A DNA stretch of 64,000 nucleotides from Promethearchaeota archaeon (GTDB lineage: Archaea; Asgardarchaeota; Lokiarchaeia; Sigyniarchaeales; SOKP01). The position numbers and the translations under genes are program-made. Below the pieces are notes generated by a model, which saw only the letters and a program-made list of their open reading frames with translations, ran no database searches and was not told the DNA's origin. Location of the stretch: positions 1 to 64,000 of the forward strand of contig JAHLWS010000022.1 of NCBI GenBank assembly GCA_019057795.1. The letters are read 5' to 3'. The first letter of the stretch is position 1. Every line of letters begins with the position of its first letter. Shown here one piece after another: positions 21,076 through 32,076 of the stretch.

Positions 21076-22143
21076 TCAATTTGACTTGGTTTTAAGCCAG
21101 TCCCCCACCATCAATTTTGATTCTTTGAGGATCTCTTTATCGTAACTGCCGAATTCTTCCTCTGCCAAAACAATCGGTGCGCGATTAATTTCTTCAACTT
21201 GCCTTATCCATTGATCAGTGAGGTTTAGGAGGATAGCATCAAGGGACACGAGATGTCTGCCAAAGGCTATGATCCCTAAATCCTCTATAATATTATACTT
21301 ACCCATGAAGATATCTTCAAACTTACCTTCTGGGTGAGGGAAAGATGTGGCGTTCAATGCTTCACATATCCCGTAAACATTGAATAATGAATGGTATATC
21401 TTGTTGATATCGATAATGCTTGAAGCAATTCTCGATCCATTTAATCCATGCCACCAAGATTTCAATGGATCAGGTATCATTCCAAAAATGTTCTTTATAG
21501 TAAAGGAGGCGTAGTGCTTTAGTTTGGCAAAGCTGATGAACGTCGATCCACGCAGGTCGTAAAGCTTTTTCGGTATCATACTATAGAGCTTATTTATCTT
21601 GACCGGTTTGAAATGTGATTCCACTAACCTATTAACTTCGGTTGGATCGGCTACCCTTTCATTCCAGACCTCATCGGTCACATTGATGTAAGTGACATCG
21701 AACTCCCTAAAAAGATCCGTGAAACCAAATTCGTCAAGGAAGGCTTTATCCTCCTTCTTGAGCTGATCCCAGAAACCACCTTTTTTGAACCAGTCCCAGT
21801 CGGGGTTTTCGATGAGCCAGTTCCAACCATCACCCTTTAGGAACCATTCCAAGTTGACTTCTTTATCTCCGATAATAAAGCTCATCCCCTCCTCAAGACG
21901 GTTAAATGAATGTGTGTGTGATTCTGTAACCACGATATGGGCGTCAAGTGCCTCCAATATCGTTCTCAAAGTCTTGGAGTCGATGAAAGCGGCTGGTGCG
22001 TTTGACACCCAGTTCGGTTTGATAATGATGGTCTCAGATTCGAGCCAAGAGTCAATCATTATCTGCTTTAATTCATCGGAGTTGCTTAATTTCGCTATGG
22101 TTATCTGACCGAATTTGTGATAGGGAATAGACATGTTCAACAT
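21076..22143 (-). CDS. DUF362 domain protein
   Basis: IIIKPNWV, VVTES, KLK...T+KNIFG, VSLDA motifs. Confidence 0.75.
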   Translation of the reverse strand: MLNMSIPYHKFGQITIAKLSNSDELKQIMIDSWLESETIIIKPNWVSNAPAAFIDSKTLRTILEALDAHIVVTESHTHSFNRLEEGMSFIIGDKEVNLEWFLKGDGWNWLIENPDWDWFKKGGFWDQLKKEDKAFLDEFGFTDLFREFDVTYINVTDEVWNERVADPTEVNRLVESHFKPVKINKLYSMIPKKLYDLRGSTFISFAKLKHYASFTIKNIFGMIPDPLKSWWHGLNGSRIASSIIDINKIYHSLFNVYGICEALNATSFPHPEGKFEDIFMGKYNIIEDLGIIAFGRHLVSLDAILLNLTDQWIRQVEEINRAPIVLAEEEFGSYDKEILKESKLMVGDWLKTKSN

Positions 22144-22243
22144 TTAGTTTTAAAATGAATTAAGCACATTAAATATTCTATAAAATATAATCTTTCCATA
22201 TAGATTATTTTACAAAAAGAGCTACAAACCATGAAAATTCCTT

Positions 22244-23380
22244 CTATCGCTTCAGATAAATCGAAATTATGTCTCCATCCTCAATTACGTGACCTAGGTT
22301 ATTAAATTTTTGACCGGGGTGTTTAGCAGATTTACCCCATATTAAAGAGTAGCGATAATCGCTTATGAATCGTTTGTGAATTTTACGACAGAGTTTCTCT
22401 AGTGTATCGCCCCTGTGGAGAATTATTGGTTCATCCATATCAGCTTCTTGTCTTGGCGGCTTCAAAAACACTCGTATTAAATTCAATTCCTCGAAAATTT
22501 TATGACGGAGCGCATTAATCTTATCAAGATTCTTAACTGAGATCATAACCCAGTGATCATGACCAATTGCCTCTGTAATAACATTATTCGGTATTTTTTC
22601 TTTCATTAAATCTGATTTATTAATTACCACAAATTCTCTTGTGTAGATACGATTTCCAAATATGAAATCTATTAATTGATCGGGTGTTATATCTGGTTCA
22701 GAGAAATAAACCCCTGCGTTCCGGACTTTAAGTTCATTCATTAGAGATTTAACTTCATCAGCATCCATAAGTTGGTGACCTTTGTAAGTAAAATGAATCC
22801 CTCCACGTGTGCGCTCTTTAATTACAATCTTAGGTGGTCTTGTATTTAACCGTATTCCTGCGTTATTCAGCTCCATTCTAATAGTTTTCAAATCAGAAAG
22901 ATTAATCATTCCATCAGAACGAAAACATAATATAACTAACACTAACTCTGCCGAGCGTACTGCGGCTAATACTTCTTTTCCTCGCCCTTTACCCGCAGCA
23001 GCACCCAAAATTATTCCAGGTAAATCAATAAGCTGAACTTTCGCTTCTTCGATATCCATCATACCGGGTACTGCTGTAACAGTAGTAAAATCATATGATG
23101 CAACTTTAGAACGAGTATTACCTTCAGTTAGCAAATTTAATAAAGAAGATTTTCCAACTGAGGGAAATCCAATGAACGCCACTTGGGCATCTCCTGTTCT
23201 TTTAATACCGAAGCCACCACCACCACCTTTTTTAGAACTGGCAATGCGAATCACATCTTCGCGGAGTTTGGCTAGTTGTGCTTTAATGAAATTTATGCTT
23301 TTTTGTGTGGCCTTGTTTACCTTAGTGGAAGCCAATCGTTCTTCTAATTCCTTTATTCGATCTTCGACTTTTTCAGACAT
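22244..23380 (-). CDS. drg: DRG/OBG-family GTPase with TGS domain
   Basis: NKAT, GFPSVGKSSLL, YDFTT, DLPGII.GAA.GKGRG, NKSD, WGKSAKHPGQ. Confidence 0.9.
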   Translation of the reverse strand: MSEKVEDRIKELEERLASTKVNKATQKSINFIKAQLAKLREDVIRIASSKKGGGGGFGIKRTGDAQVAFIGFPSVGKSSLLNLLTEGNTRSKVASYDFTTVTAVPGMMDIEEAKVQLIDLPGIILGAAAGKGRGKEVLAAVRSAELVLVILCFRSDGMINLSDLKTIRMELNNAGIRLNTRPPKIVIKERTRGGIHFTYKGHQLMDADEVKSLMNELKVRNAGVYFSEPDITPDQLIDFIFGNRIYTREFVVINKSDLMKEKIPNNVITEAIGHDHWVMISVKNLDKINALRHKIFEELNLIRVFLKPPRQEADMDEPIILHRGDTLEKLCRKIHKRFISDYRYSLIWGKSAKHPGQKFNNLGHVIEDGDIISIYLKR

Positions 23381-23497
23381 ATTATACCTTTAAAAAAATA
23401 ATAATGCAAATAAAAAAAATTTTTCTAAAATGTTTACTCAAAGAGTTGAATACTAAAAAGAGATAAAAGTAAAAATTAAATTAATTCTGTGAGAGAA

Positions 23498-24418
23498 TTA
23501 ATCTGAATGTGCTGAAATTATCAAATCTGCAAAGAGAGACATATCTTTTAACAATATATTTAATTTATCTTGAGATTCTCTATCCAACTCTCCTGTTTTC
23601 ATTACGAGTACCGAAATAATGTATTTAAAGATATGGAGCTCAATTTCCTTTCCGTCCTCGTTCAACCCTCTAAATTGAGCAGAATCAGACATAAAGATGT
23701 TCTCTCTTACCGTATTACACGCGTCGATGAAATCTCTTAAATCTCCACGAAGCATCAAACCACTGCTTACACCTTGAACGTTATGGACTATGACATTTCC
23801 CGAAACATCAGAAATTATTATTTTTGCTTTAATTTCTTCTAATTGGCTTTCAGCTTTCTCCACGGATTTTTTCAAATCTTTATAGGACGAAATTAATATA
23901 TCCCGAAAAACCTTGGCTAATTCGTCTTGTTGATAAATGCTCGTTAACATGTAATCAAAATTATAATCTTTAAACATGTCCAAGAAGATTTCCTTAGCAC
24001 TTTTTACGTTAGTATCAAGTAATTCTTTCGGGTAATCTTCAGTATCGTATTTGTGCAAGAATAAAAAAATTTGCGGCTTCTCGTTGTTTTTACGATGTAT
24101 ATCCAACAATCCCTCAAAATATTCTTTTGCTTGATCGAAGGAATTTGGGTCGTGTAAATCAACGACACAAATTAGTATGTCAGTGCCCTTGAAAATCTCT
24201 GGCTTTGAGAAATATTCAGCGCGGTACTGCTCTTGACCGCCAAAATCGAAAATCCCAACCTGAAGACCAAGAAAAGGATGCCTTCGAGTTTCATAAAGTA
24301 TTGTCGGGCTAAGTCTTTTTGTGTCTTCGGGCGTTTTTTCAGCAAACGCTACGGAGTAAAGACTTGTCTTACCGCAACCGCCTAAGCCTACTAAACTTAT
24401 TTTAATAGTACATTTCAC
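23498..24418 (-). CDS. Small GTPase, Rag/Gtr-like, with C-terminal roadblock/longin-like domain
   Basis: GLGGCGKTS, DFGGQEQYR, HKYD (G4) and TSIY (G5) as in Rag GTPases. Confidence 0.75.
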   Translation of the reverse strand: MKCTIKISLVGLGGCGKTSLYSVAFAEKTPEDTKRLSPTILYETRRHPFLGLQVGIFDFGGQEQYRAEYFSKPEIFKGTDILICVVDLHDPNSFDQAKEYFEGLLDIHRKNNEKPQIFLFLHKYDTEDYPKELLDTNVKSAKEIFLDMFKDYNFDYMLTSIYQQDELAKVFRDILISSYKDLKKSVEKAESQLEEIKAKIIISDVSGNVIVHNVQGVSSGLMLRGDLRDFIDACNTVRENIFMSDSAQFRGLNEDGKEIELHIFKYIISVLVMKTGELDRESQDKLNILLKDMSLFADLIISAHSD

Positions 24419-24480
24419 CTTTTTTTATTATGTTATTTATAATTCTTTATTTCATTTATTTTTATTTTATTATTCTAATA

Positions 24481-25980
24481 TTATTTTTTATCTTTAGGTG
24501 TCAATTTATAGGTTTTTGAAAAAACTTTTCCAAACGCATCAGTTGAGGCCTCTACTAACACATTTCCATAAATTATTTCGTTATCTTCAGTTTCTAAGGG
24601 ATATCCTATCTCAACAGTTTCATAAGGGAATAATTCTCTAATATTAGTTATCCAAGGTCTCTTTTCAAACAATTCTTCGACTGTAGCAATTCTGATTTTG
24701 ATGTCTTCTAAAAGATAACCTATAGTGTTAGTTAACGAGATTTTTAATATTTTTTCTTCTTCTTTTACATCTTTAGATACGCGCAAGAATTTTCTAGTCC
24801 CGAGCGTTTTCGTAGTAGGTTTCTCTTCTTCAGGTTTAGTCTCAATTTTCGGTCCCTCTTTCTCGATAGGCTCTCTAACGATGAAGATCTTACGTTTTTG
24901 AATGTTGTATTGAGAAACTTTTTTAAGTTTAGCCAGAAACAATACTGCGTTCAAATTTATAGCGTTATAAGGTTCAATTTTAAGATATCCTTTTTTAGCA
25001 GCATCTTCCACAATCTCAGATCCAATTCCGGTTCTTGCAAATACTGTGTTTTTGTTTGCCCCACTACCTACTGAGCCAACAGAAATATCCGCATTTTCGG
25101 CGGTCAGATCTGTACAAAAATTACAACTTGGAGCTTTAAACTTATGTAATTGTTTGATGGAATATGATTTTACTGGTTCTCCCTTAGGGTTATAATATAT
25201 GTGAAACTTTCCTTTACTGATATCCATTTTAACTACTTTTTTTAAGTCAATCCCATCTTTTTCGAAAAAGGGATAAAGTGCTTCTGGAGCGAAAGAATCC
25301 ATACAGAACAAACCTATTTTAAGAATGTGAGCGCGCATAAAATATTTTAACATTCCCGAAGGAGAACTCATCATCTTATCCACGGCATCGATATTACAAG
25401 GCGTACCAACAAAAGCTATTGATCTATAATCTTGTCGTATAGCATCCATTAATGATTCGACAGTTTGAGTGTGACAGTAAATCGAACCGGAAGCTTTTAT
25501 AGCGTCCTCTTTACTGGTAATTATCTGAGAAACGGGATGCCACGGATCACTAGGATCCTTCATTGCAACGATTGCAGCATCAATTAAATGTTCCTCAAAT
25601 AAATAAATTAGCAAAGAGGTCACAGTTCCTCCATCTTGACCCCCTATGACTTCTGGTATATCTGTATTCGCTACATATCCTGTCTTGAATTCTCCCATTA
25701 ATTGAACCGGATCCGTGATTGTGCGGGGACATTGGTTATAACAGATCCCACACCCAGTGCATTTCCCTATTAATTTGGGCTGCCCAGCTATAGCGTCCCA
25801 CTCGAGAACTGGACAAACTGCGGCACATGTCCCGCATTCCGTGCATATTCCTGTTCTTACAATTTCCTTCATAAGCATGCCAAACGAGTCTTTCTTTCCC
25901 TCGAGTTTTTTTTGAATATAATCGAAGGAATAATCGTATTGAGTAGCAGTTTGCTCTTTTTCCGTTTGATTCTCAGTCAT
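24481..25980 (-). CDS. Coenzyme F420 hydrogenase/dehydrogenase beta subunit (FrhB/FdhB family) with C-terminal extra domain
   Basis: 2x CxxCxxCxxxCP, QDGGTVT, VGTPC, IGLFCM, CNFCTD...ADISVGSVG. Confidence 0.9.
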   Translation of the reverse strand: MTENQTEKEQTATQYDYSFDYIQKKLEGKKDSFGMLMKEIVRTGICTECGTCAAVCPVLEWDAIAGQPKLIGKCTGCGICYNQCPRTITDPVQLMGEFKTGYVANTDIPEVIGGQDGGTVTSLLIYLFEEHLIDAAIVAMKDPSDPWHPVSQIITSKEDAIKASGSIYCHTQTVESLMDAIRQDYRSIAFVGTPCNIDAVDKMMSSPSGMLKYFMRAHILKIGLFCMDSFAPEALYPFFEKDGIDLKKVVKMDISKGKFHIYYNPKGEPVKSYSIKQLHKFKAPSCNFCTDLTAENADISVGSVGSGANKNTVFARTGIGSEIVEDAAKKGYLKIEPYNAINLNAVLFLAKLKKVSQYNIQKRKIFIVREPIEKEGPKIETKPEEEKPTTKTLGTRKFLRVSKDVKEEEKILKISLTNTIGYLLEDIKIRIATVEELFEKRPWITNIRELFPYETVEIGYPLETEDNEIIYGNVLVEASTDAFGKVFSKTYKLTPKDKK

Positions 25981-26107
25981 AGTTAATTACTCATCAAAAA
26001 CTCTGTATTAGTTTAATTTATTTGTTTGTAGATCTATGTAATGGAAATGGATTACTAATAATAAAATTTATTAAAAAAATCGCTTGCTTTCGATTAAAAA
26101 AAACGAT

Positions 26108-27709
26108 TTATTCTGCGTTTTCAAGTTCCAGTTTCTCTTCTATATGTTTAATTGCGTTGCTAGCATGAATGCGAACTATTCTGGGAAAATCGTTCACTCT
26201 TGCGAGTAAGGCACTCAAAGCGTGTTCTTCTCCAAATATTTCTAAAAATTTGATTAAACCTACTTTAACTTTGAAATTTTCGTCATCACTTCTTTTTAGG
26301 TAATCTATTATAATTGCTACATCTTTGTTTAAAGTATGTTTTAATTCTACATCATCATCTTTTACTTTATACCAATTTCTTTGAAAAATGTTATAGATGG
26401 CATCTATTGCTACTTTTTTTATAAGCCAGTATGATTCAGAGTTCTCTAAAACTTCTATTAGGTCGCCAATTGGTTCAATCTTTCCTATTTTTCCAAGAGC
26501 GATGATTGTGTTTTTTTTAACGTCTAAATTTCTAATCTTTAATAAACTTCTTAGTGGTTTGACAAATTCCTCATTTCCAATTTCTCCCAAAATAAATGCA
26601 ATGCTTTCTTTGATCGTATCGTTATCAGAATTTAAATACGAAAATAAGGAGTCGTAACTAACATTTTTATTACTCAGATAAATTTTTTTTATTGCATCTA
26701 TTATGTAAAGCTTCATATCCAAATCGGTATACTCGAAGCTAATATCTTCTATGTCCAATATGCCTAGCATTTCTGGTACTGCCGACAGGTCCCCGATCTC
26801 TCCCAAAGCTTCAATTGTAGCTATACTTACTTCGTTATACATATTGTCTAAATTCTGTGTTAAGAAATCTACAGCATCTATTAACTTTAATTTTCCAGTA
26901 AGGGCTATAGCATTCTTTTTGACGATAAAATCGTCGCTCAGTAATAATCTAATTACATCTTGATTAATATCTGGGCCTAATAATTTTAGAATCGAAACCG
27001 CAGAATCCATTAATTCAGGATCTAATTCTTTTAAAATTCGTGTAATTTCATTTAATATAAGCTGTTTATTTTGATTCAAATTAGAGATAACTTCTGGATA
27101 CTTAACTTTTAGATAACTAATATCCTCAAAAGAAACGTTAATGCTCGACAATTCGTATCCTATAAGTTTAATTATCTCTGATTTGTGTTCATTCGAGATG
27201 TTTTCACTTTTTAAAAAACTCAACAACGATTTTATTAGAATTTCTGGACCTATACTTAATAATTGGTTTTTGACAAAATCTTTAATAGAATTATAATGTG
27301 AATCTAATTCGTTGATAAAAAGGTTTATCTGAGGTTCTTCGAATTTTATTTTCTTTATAGCTTTCAAAACAGATAATTTAACATCAATATTATCCAATTT
27401 CTGTTCCAATATCCACATCAATGGCTTTAGAGCTTTTTCAAACCTCAATTTACCTAAAGCCTTCGCAGCTTCGCATTTAATTTCAATACCATCTTCAGAT
27501 ATTAAAACATTTTCTAACGTAGTAAAGCATTCTTTCTTCAGCGAGGGAACTTCCCTACTTACTAATCCTAAATATTTTACCGCTCCTGTCCTTTTACCGT
27601 AATTCTTTTCAGTTTCAACAATATCAGTTAACAATTTAACTGAATTTTCTAATCCAAATTCCTCCCTTTTGTTAAAAATTTCTTGCGGTGAAGGTTTTGG
27701 ATCAAACAT
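26108..27709 (-). CDS. HEAT/PBS-lyase repeat protein
   Basis: Repeated A..ALG.IG...A+..L units. Confidence 0.85.
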   Translation of the reverse strand: MFDPKPSPQEIFNKREEFGLENSVKLLTDIVETEKNYGKRTGAVKYLGLVSREVPSLKKECFTTLENVLISEDGIEIKCEAAKALGKLRFEKALKPLMWILEQKLDNIDVKLSVLKAIKKIKFEEPQINLFINELDSHYNSIKDFVKNQLLSIGPEILIKSLLSFLKSENISNEHKSEIIKLIGYELSSINVSFEDISYLKVKYPEVISNLNQNKQLILNEITRILKELDPELMDSAVSILKLLGPDINQDVIRLLLSDDFIVKKNAIALTGKLKLIDAVDFLTQNLDNMYNEVSIATIEALGEIGDLSAVPEMLGILDIEDISFEYTDLDMKLYIIDAIKKIYLSNKNVSYDSLFSYLNSDNDTIKESIAFILGEIGNEEFVKPLRSLLKIRNLDVKKNTIIALGKIGKIEPIGDLIEVLENSESYWLIKKVAIDAIYNIFQRNWYKVKDDDVELKHTLNKDVAIIIDYLKRSDDENFKVKVGLIKFLEIFGEEHALSALLARVNDFPRIVRIHASNAIKHIEEKLELENAE

Positions 27710-27814
27710 AATAGAATAAGATTTAATTTTAACAAGTAAATTATTTTTTTCTTGATTATTTACATTTTAGGTTATTAGCTTATAAAAATATTTTCAATTT
27801 AATTGCATCTAAGT

Positions 27815-28549
27815 CTATATAAAATTACCAAAAAAATACTCCATAGATAGATTCCTTGCTTCTTTTATATGACGATTTACAGCAGATTCTGATATTTTGA
27901 AATGTTTTGCTATTTGAATTGCACTAATTTTTTTTGGTGATTTAAAAAATCCATTTTTAGCGGCGTAAGAAGCAACCTCTTGTTGTCTTTTTGTAAAATT
28001 AGGGAAAGGAATAGCGGACTTCCAAATGGTTTCATCAACGCGATCCATTTTATCTAAATCGGTCATTCCAATGATTTGATAATTTTCTGTAAATGAGGAA
28101 ATAACTTTGAATAACTGCTTAATGTATTCATTTTGAGATATTAAATTAATTAATAGACGTTCCTGTGAAATATGAATAGGAAATAGAAAAGCCCACGGTC
28201 CAGAATCAACAATCGGAAAAAATCCCGAAGTATTATTCTGATTCATAATGCAAATTATCTCGTTTCCAGTTTGATTTAATAAATGAAAAGATTGAGGATT
28301 AAACTTATTTTTAATAAATTCTTCCAAGTTCGTTATTGTATTTGGCTTAAATCGTATTCGCTGAAGAGCAAAGAAGTGGTTTTGGTCGTACTGGAAAGCG
28401 TTTAAAATTTCGATAAATTCGAGATTTTGTAATAAATCAGCAAACCCCACATATTCTAAAAAATTTCCCGGTATTTGTAATCGTATAATTTTCATTAAAT
28501 TAAAACTCTGTACGAGTAATTTTTTCTTTAATTTGAAGTATAAATCCAC
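27815..28549 (-). CDS. Transcriptional regulator with C-terminal Bat-type (HTH_10) helix-turn-helix
   Basis: FTKRQQEV...A...GFF..PKKIS...IA..F.IS.SAV..HI; likely ATG at 28495. Confidence 0.8.
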   Translation of the reverse strand: MDLYFKLKKKLLVQSFNLMKIIRLQIPGNFLEYVGFADLLQNLEFIEILNAFQYDQNHFFALQRIRFKPNTITNLEEFIKNKFNPQSFHLLNQTGNEIICIMNQNNTSGFFPIVDSGPWAFLFPIHISQERLLINLISQNEYIKQLFKVISSFTENYQIIGMTDLDKMDRVDETIWKSAIPFPNFTKRQQEVASYAAKNGFFKSPKKISAIQIAKHFKISESAVNRHIKEARNLSMEYFFGNFI

Positions 28550-28673
28550 ATTATTATATGTTGCGATCGCAACAATTTAACTCTTTAGTAGGTATTAATT
28601 CTTTTTATATAGGGATTTTGTTTTATTTTTAAATTATAAAAAAATTAAATTTAAGGTTAAAGGGGAGAATTAT

Positions 28674-29819
28674 ATGAATGTTTTATTAACAGGTGCTTTT
28701 GGAAATGTTGGATTAAGTACTTTAAAAGAATTACTAAATAAAGATTATAACGTTAGAGTATTTGAAGTATATAACCGGAAAAATAGAAAATTAGCTAAAA
28801 AATTCAAAAACAAGATTGATATTGTTTGGGGCGACCTTAGAAATAAAGACGACGTGGAAAGCGCAGTTAAAGAACAAGATGTTATTATTCATTTAGCAGC
28901 CATTATTCCACCGCTAGCAGATGTCAACACAAGCTTAGCTGAATCCGTAAATGTTGGAGGAACTAAAAATTTGCTCAATGCTATAAAAAATCAAGCCCAA
29001 AAACCAAAATTAATTTTTACTTCTTCAATTGCCATTTATGGAGATAGACTAGATAACCCAATGATTAAAACTACTGACATCCTTGCTCCAAGTCGCGGAG
29101 ATTATTATGCTTTGACCAAAATTACGGCGGAAAAATTGATAAGGAAATCGGGTGTAGATTTTGCAATATTTAGATTAACATATATTACTTCAGTAAACAA
29201 ATTGAATATGGATCCATTGATGTTCCATATGCCTTTAGATACTTCAATCGAAATTTGTGATACTAAAGATGTCGGACTAGCGCTTGCTAACGCTGTTGAG
29301 TGCGATGAGGTATGGGGCGATACGTTCAATCTAGCTGGTGGAGAAAGATGTAGAATAACTTATAGAGAGTACCTTAATGATATGATGGAAATTTTTGGGT
29401 TAGGTCAAAATTTTTTACCTGAAGAAGGATTTGCTGAGAAAGACTTTCATTGTGGCTTTTGCGACACCCATAAGTCCGAAAACCTATTACATTACCAAAG
29501 ACACACGCTTCAAGATTATTATAAAGAAGTTGAAAAAAAAGTACGAGCGAAAAGACGTTTTGTGCCAATGGTTAAATGGATAATTCGATTAAATCTCTTA
29601 AAAAAATCGGAATTTTACAACAGGTTTAAGTTTTTTAAGAAAAAAGCTGGAGCTTTTACTATCTCGGAAAATAAATTAATTAGAAAAATCCTTTCAAACA
29701 ATTTCAATAGGATAGAACTATTAGAAAGAAAAATCGAAAAGTTAGAAGAGTTAACTTCTGAATTAGTCGAAAAAAGAAGTTTATTAATATCCACGAATCA
29801 AAGTCAATCAATAAGCTAA
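28674..29819 (+). CDS. NAD-dependent epimerase/dehydratase (extended SDR)
   Basis: TGAFGNVG, HLAA, YxxxK (YALTK). Confidence 0.9.
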   Translation: MNVLLTGAFGNVGLSTLKELLNKDYNVRVFEVYNRKNRKLAKKFKNKIDIVWGDLRNKDDVESAVKEQDVIIHLAAIIPPLADVNTSLAESVNVGGTKNLLNAIKNQAQKPKLIFTSSIAIYGDRLDNPMIKTTDILAPSRGDYYALTKITAEKLIRKSGVDFAIFRLTYITSVNKLNMDPLMFHMPLDTSIEICDTKDVGLALANAVECDEVWGDTFNLAGGERCRITYREYLNDMMEIFGLGQNFLPEEGFAEKDFHCGFCDTHKSENLLHYQRHTLQDYYKEVEKKVRAKRRFVPMVKWIIRLNLLKKSEFYNRFKFFKKKAGAFTISENKLIRKILSNNFNRIELLERKIEKLEELTSELVEKRSLLISTNQSQSIS

Positions 29820-30130
29820 ATTTATTAATCCTCTTGATATAGATTCCTCTTCAAATACTCTTTTTATAACAAAATTTTTATTACTATCAAAAATTTCCAT
29901 AGTAACTATTTTCGGTTTGGTGCTTATTTTACTAATTGCGTTATTAAAATTAACTTATACCGCTAAATAGAAAATAATTTAATATAAATAACATAAGAAA
30001 TAAAATAACCAATAAATTAAATAAAAAAAATTAAATCTTTCGATATTAGAAGGAGTAAATGTATCGAAAATTAATTGACAACTAAATAGAAATTCAAAAT
30101 TGTAAAATTTGAGGTGGAGTAAGAAAGAAA

Positions 30131-32071
30131 ATGGAAAAATCTGAAAATCATCGGATTGGATACTATGCATGCCAGTGAGGTATAAATATACGTAGTAAAG
30201 TTGATTGCGACGAGTTAGTACAATTTGCCAAAGGTTTAGATGATGTAGTTATTTCAAAAACTCATTCCTTTCTATGAACCGAAAGCGGTCAAAACGAGAT
30301 AATCAAAGACATAGAAGAAAAAGGATTAAATTGCATCGTAGCTTCTGCTTGAACGCCTAGGACACACGAACCAATTTACAGGGCAACGCTTGCTAAGACC
30401 GCTGTGAATCCTTACTTTTTTCAAATGGTTAACGTAAGAGAGCATTGTTCTTGGTGTACTGAAGATAACGAAGAAGCACTAGAAAAAGCAAAAATCTTGG
30501 TTAAAGGCGGAGTTAATAGAGCATTAAGTTTAGAAGTTGTCCCTGTAAGAACAGTTCCCGTTGAAAAAGCAACCTTAGTTGTTGGCGGAGGAATAGCTGG
30601 GATGAACGCCGCGTTAGACCTAGCAAATGGAGGGATAAAAGTTTATTTAGTCGAAAAAAATACCACAATCGGGGGAAGAATGTCTCAGTTAGATAGAACC
30701 TTCCCAACCGACGATTGTTCGATTTGAATTTGCGGACCCAAAATGCTTGAAGTCAATCGCCACGAAAATATCGAGATTCTTAGCTATAGCGAAGTTAAGA
30801 AGGTTGAAGGGTATGTTGGAAATTATAAAATCACCGTTGAGAAGAAGCCACGTTTCATAAATATCGATTGTAATGGTTGTGGTGCCTGTTCTGAAGTGTG
30901 TCCGGTATATACTTCGAACTATTTTGACGAAAATTTAGGAGTAAGAAAAGCAATAGATATAGCGTTTGGACAAGCAGTACCTTTTTTGTACGACATTAAT
31001 AGAGATGTATGCGTTGAATGTTTTAGTTGTGTGGAAGCTTGTGAGTTAGATGCCATTGACTTCAGTCAAGTGCCTGAAGAAGTTATGTTTAATGTAGGAA
31101 CGATAATAATCGCAACTGGATGGGATATTTACGAACCATATGGAGAATACGGATACGGAAAGTTCGAAAACGTGATTCAACAAGCCCAACTTGAAAGAAT
31201 CTTAGCACCGAATGGTCCATTAGAAGGACATGTTCATAGAATTTCGGACGCCAAAAAACCTAAAGAAATTGTGTTTATTCAATGCGTAGGAAGTCGTGAC
31301 ACGGAAAGACCTTATTGTAGTGGCGTTTGTTGTATGTTATCGTTGAAAAACGGAAAATTGCTTAAAGAAGAATTTCCGGACGCGAATATTACCATCTGCT
31401 ACATAGATATAAGAACAAACGAAAAAGGATTCGAAGAATACTATCAACGAGCTAAAGATTCTGATATCAGGATGATCCGGGGAAAGGTTGGCGAAATTAC
31501 TGAAGATCCAGAGACTAAAAATGTAAATGTTCGAGTTTATTCGTCATTGACTGACGAAATCATTAAAATTAGTGCGGATTTAGTCATTCTATCTACAGCT
31601 GCATTACCATCAAAAGGTACGGACCAAATAGCTAAAGTATTAAACTTAGATGTCGATAGAAACGGTTTTTTAACAGAAGCTCACTTTGGACTAATGCCAC
31701 AAGAGACTAAGACTAAGGGAATCTTTATAGCTGGGTTTGCTCAAGGACCAAAAAATATTGCGTATTCGGTTTCTCAAGCAAGAGCTGCTGCGAGCAAGGT
31801 AGCTGAATTAACTTCTCCTGGAGAAGTAGACATTGAACTAATAACTGCTGAAGTTAATAACGAGCTGTGTATTTCGTGTAAAAGGTGCGAAAAAGCATGC
31901 CCTAAAAACGCAATAACGGTTGTTGGCGACGAAGTGGCTATTGTTGACGAGATTAACTGCGACGGGTGTGGTATTTGCGCTACTTGTTGCCCCACTCATG
32001 CGATTGACATAAGATGCTATCGAGATTATCAATTATTTACTGAAATTGATGGAATCTTAGAAGGAGGTTAA
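30131..32071 (+). CDS. hdrA: Heterodisulfide reductase subunit A, selenoprotein with 4 in-frame UGA (Sec16, Sec49, Sec74, Sec199), 646 aa
   Basis: One frame from ATG 30131 through TGA at 30176, 30275, 30350 and 30725 into ORF 30743..32071. Contexts YYACQ*GINI, SFL*TE, ASA*TPRTHE and DDCSI*ICGPKM each align to Cys in paralog 36542..39628 (CHCGINI, YSCSS, ASCTPRTHE, DCSLCILAPKM). Confidence 0.92.
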
Positions 32072-32076
32072 ACGAA

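Noticed and set aside
30404-30727. ORFs 30404..30727 and 30743..32071 as separate genes
   Set aside because: They are in-frame pieces of one Sec-containing hdrA.
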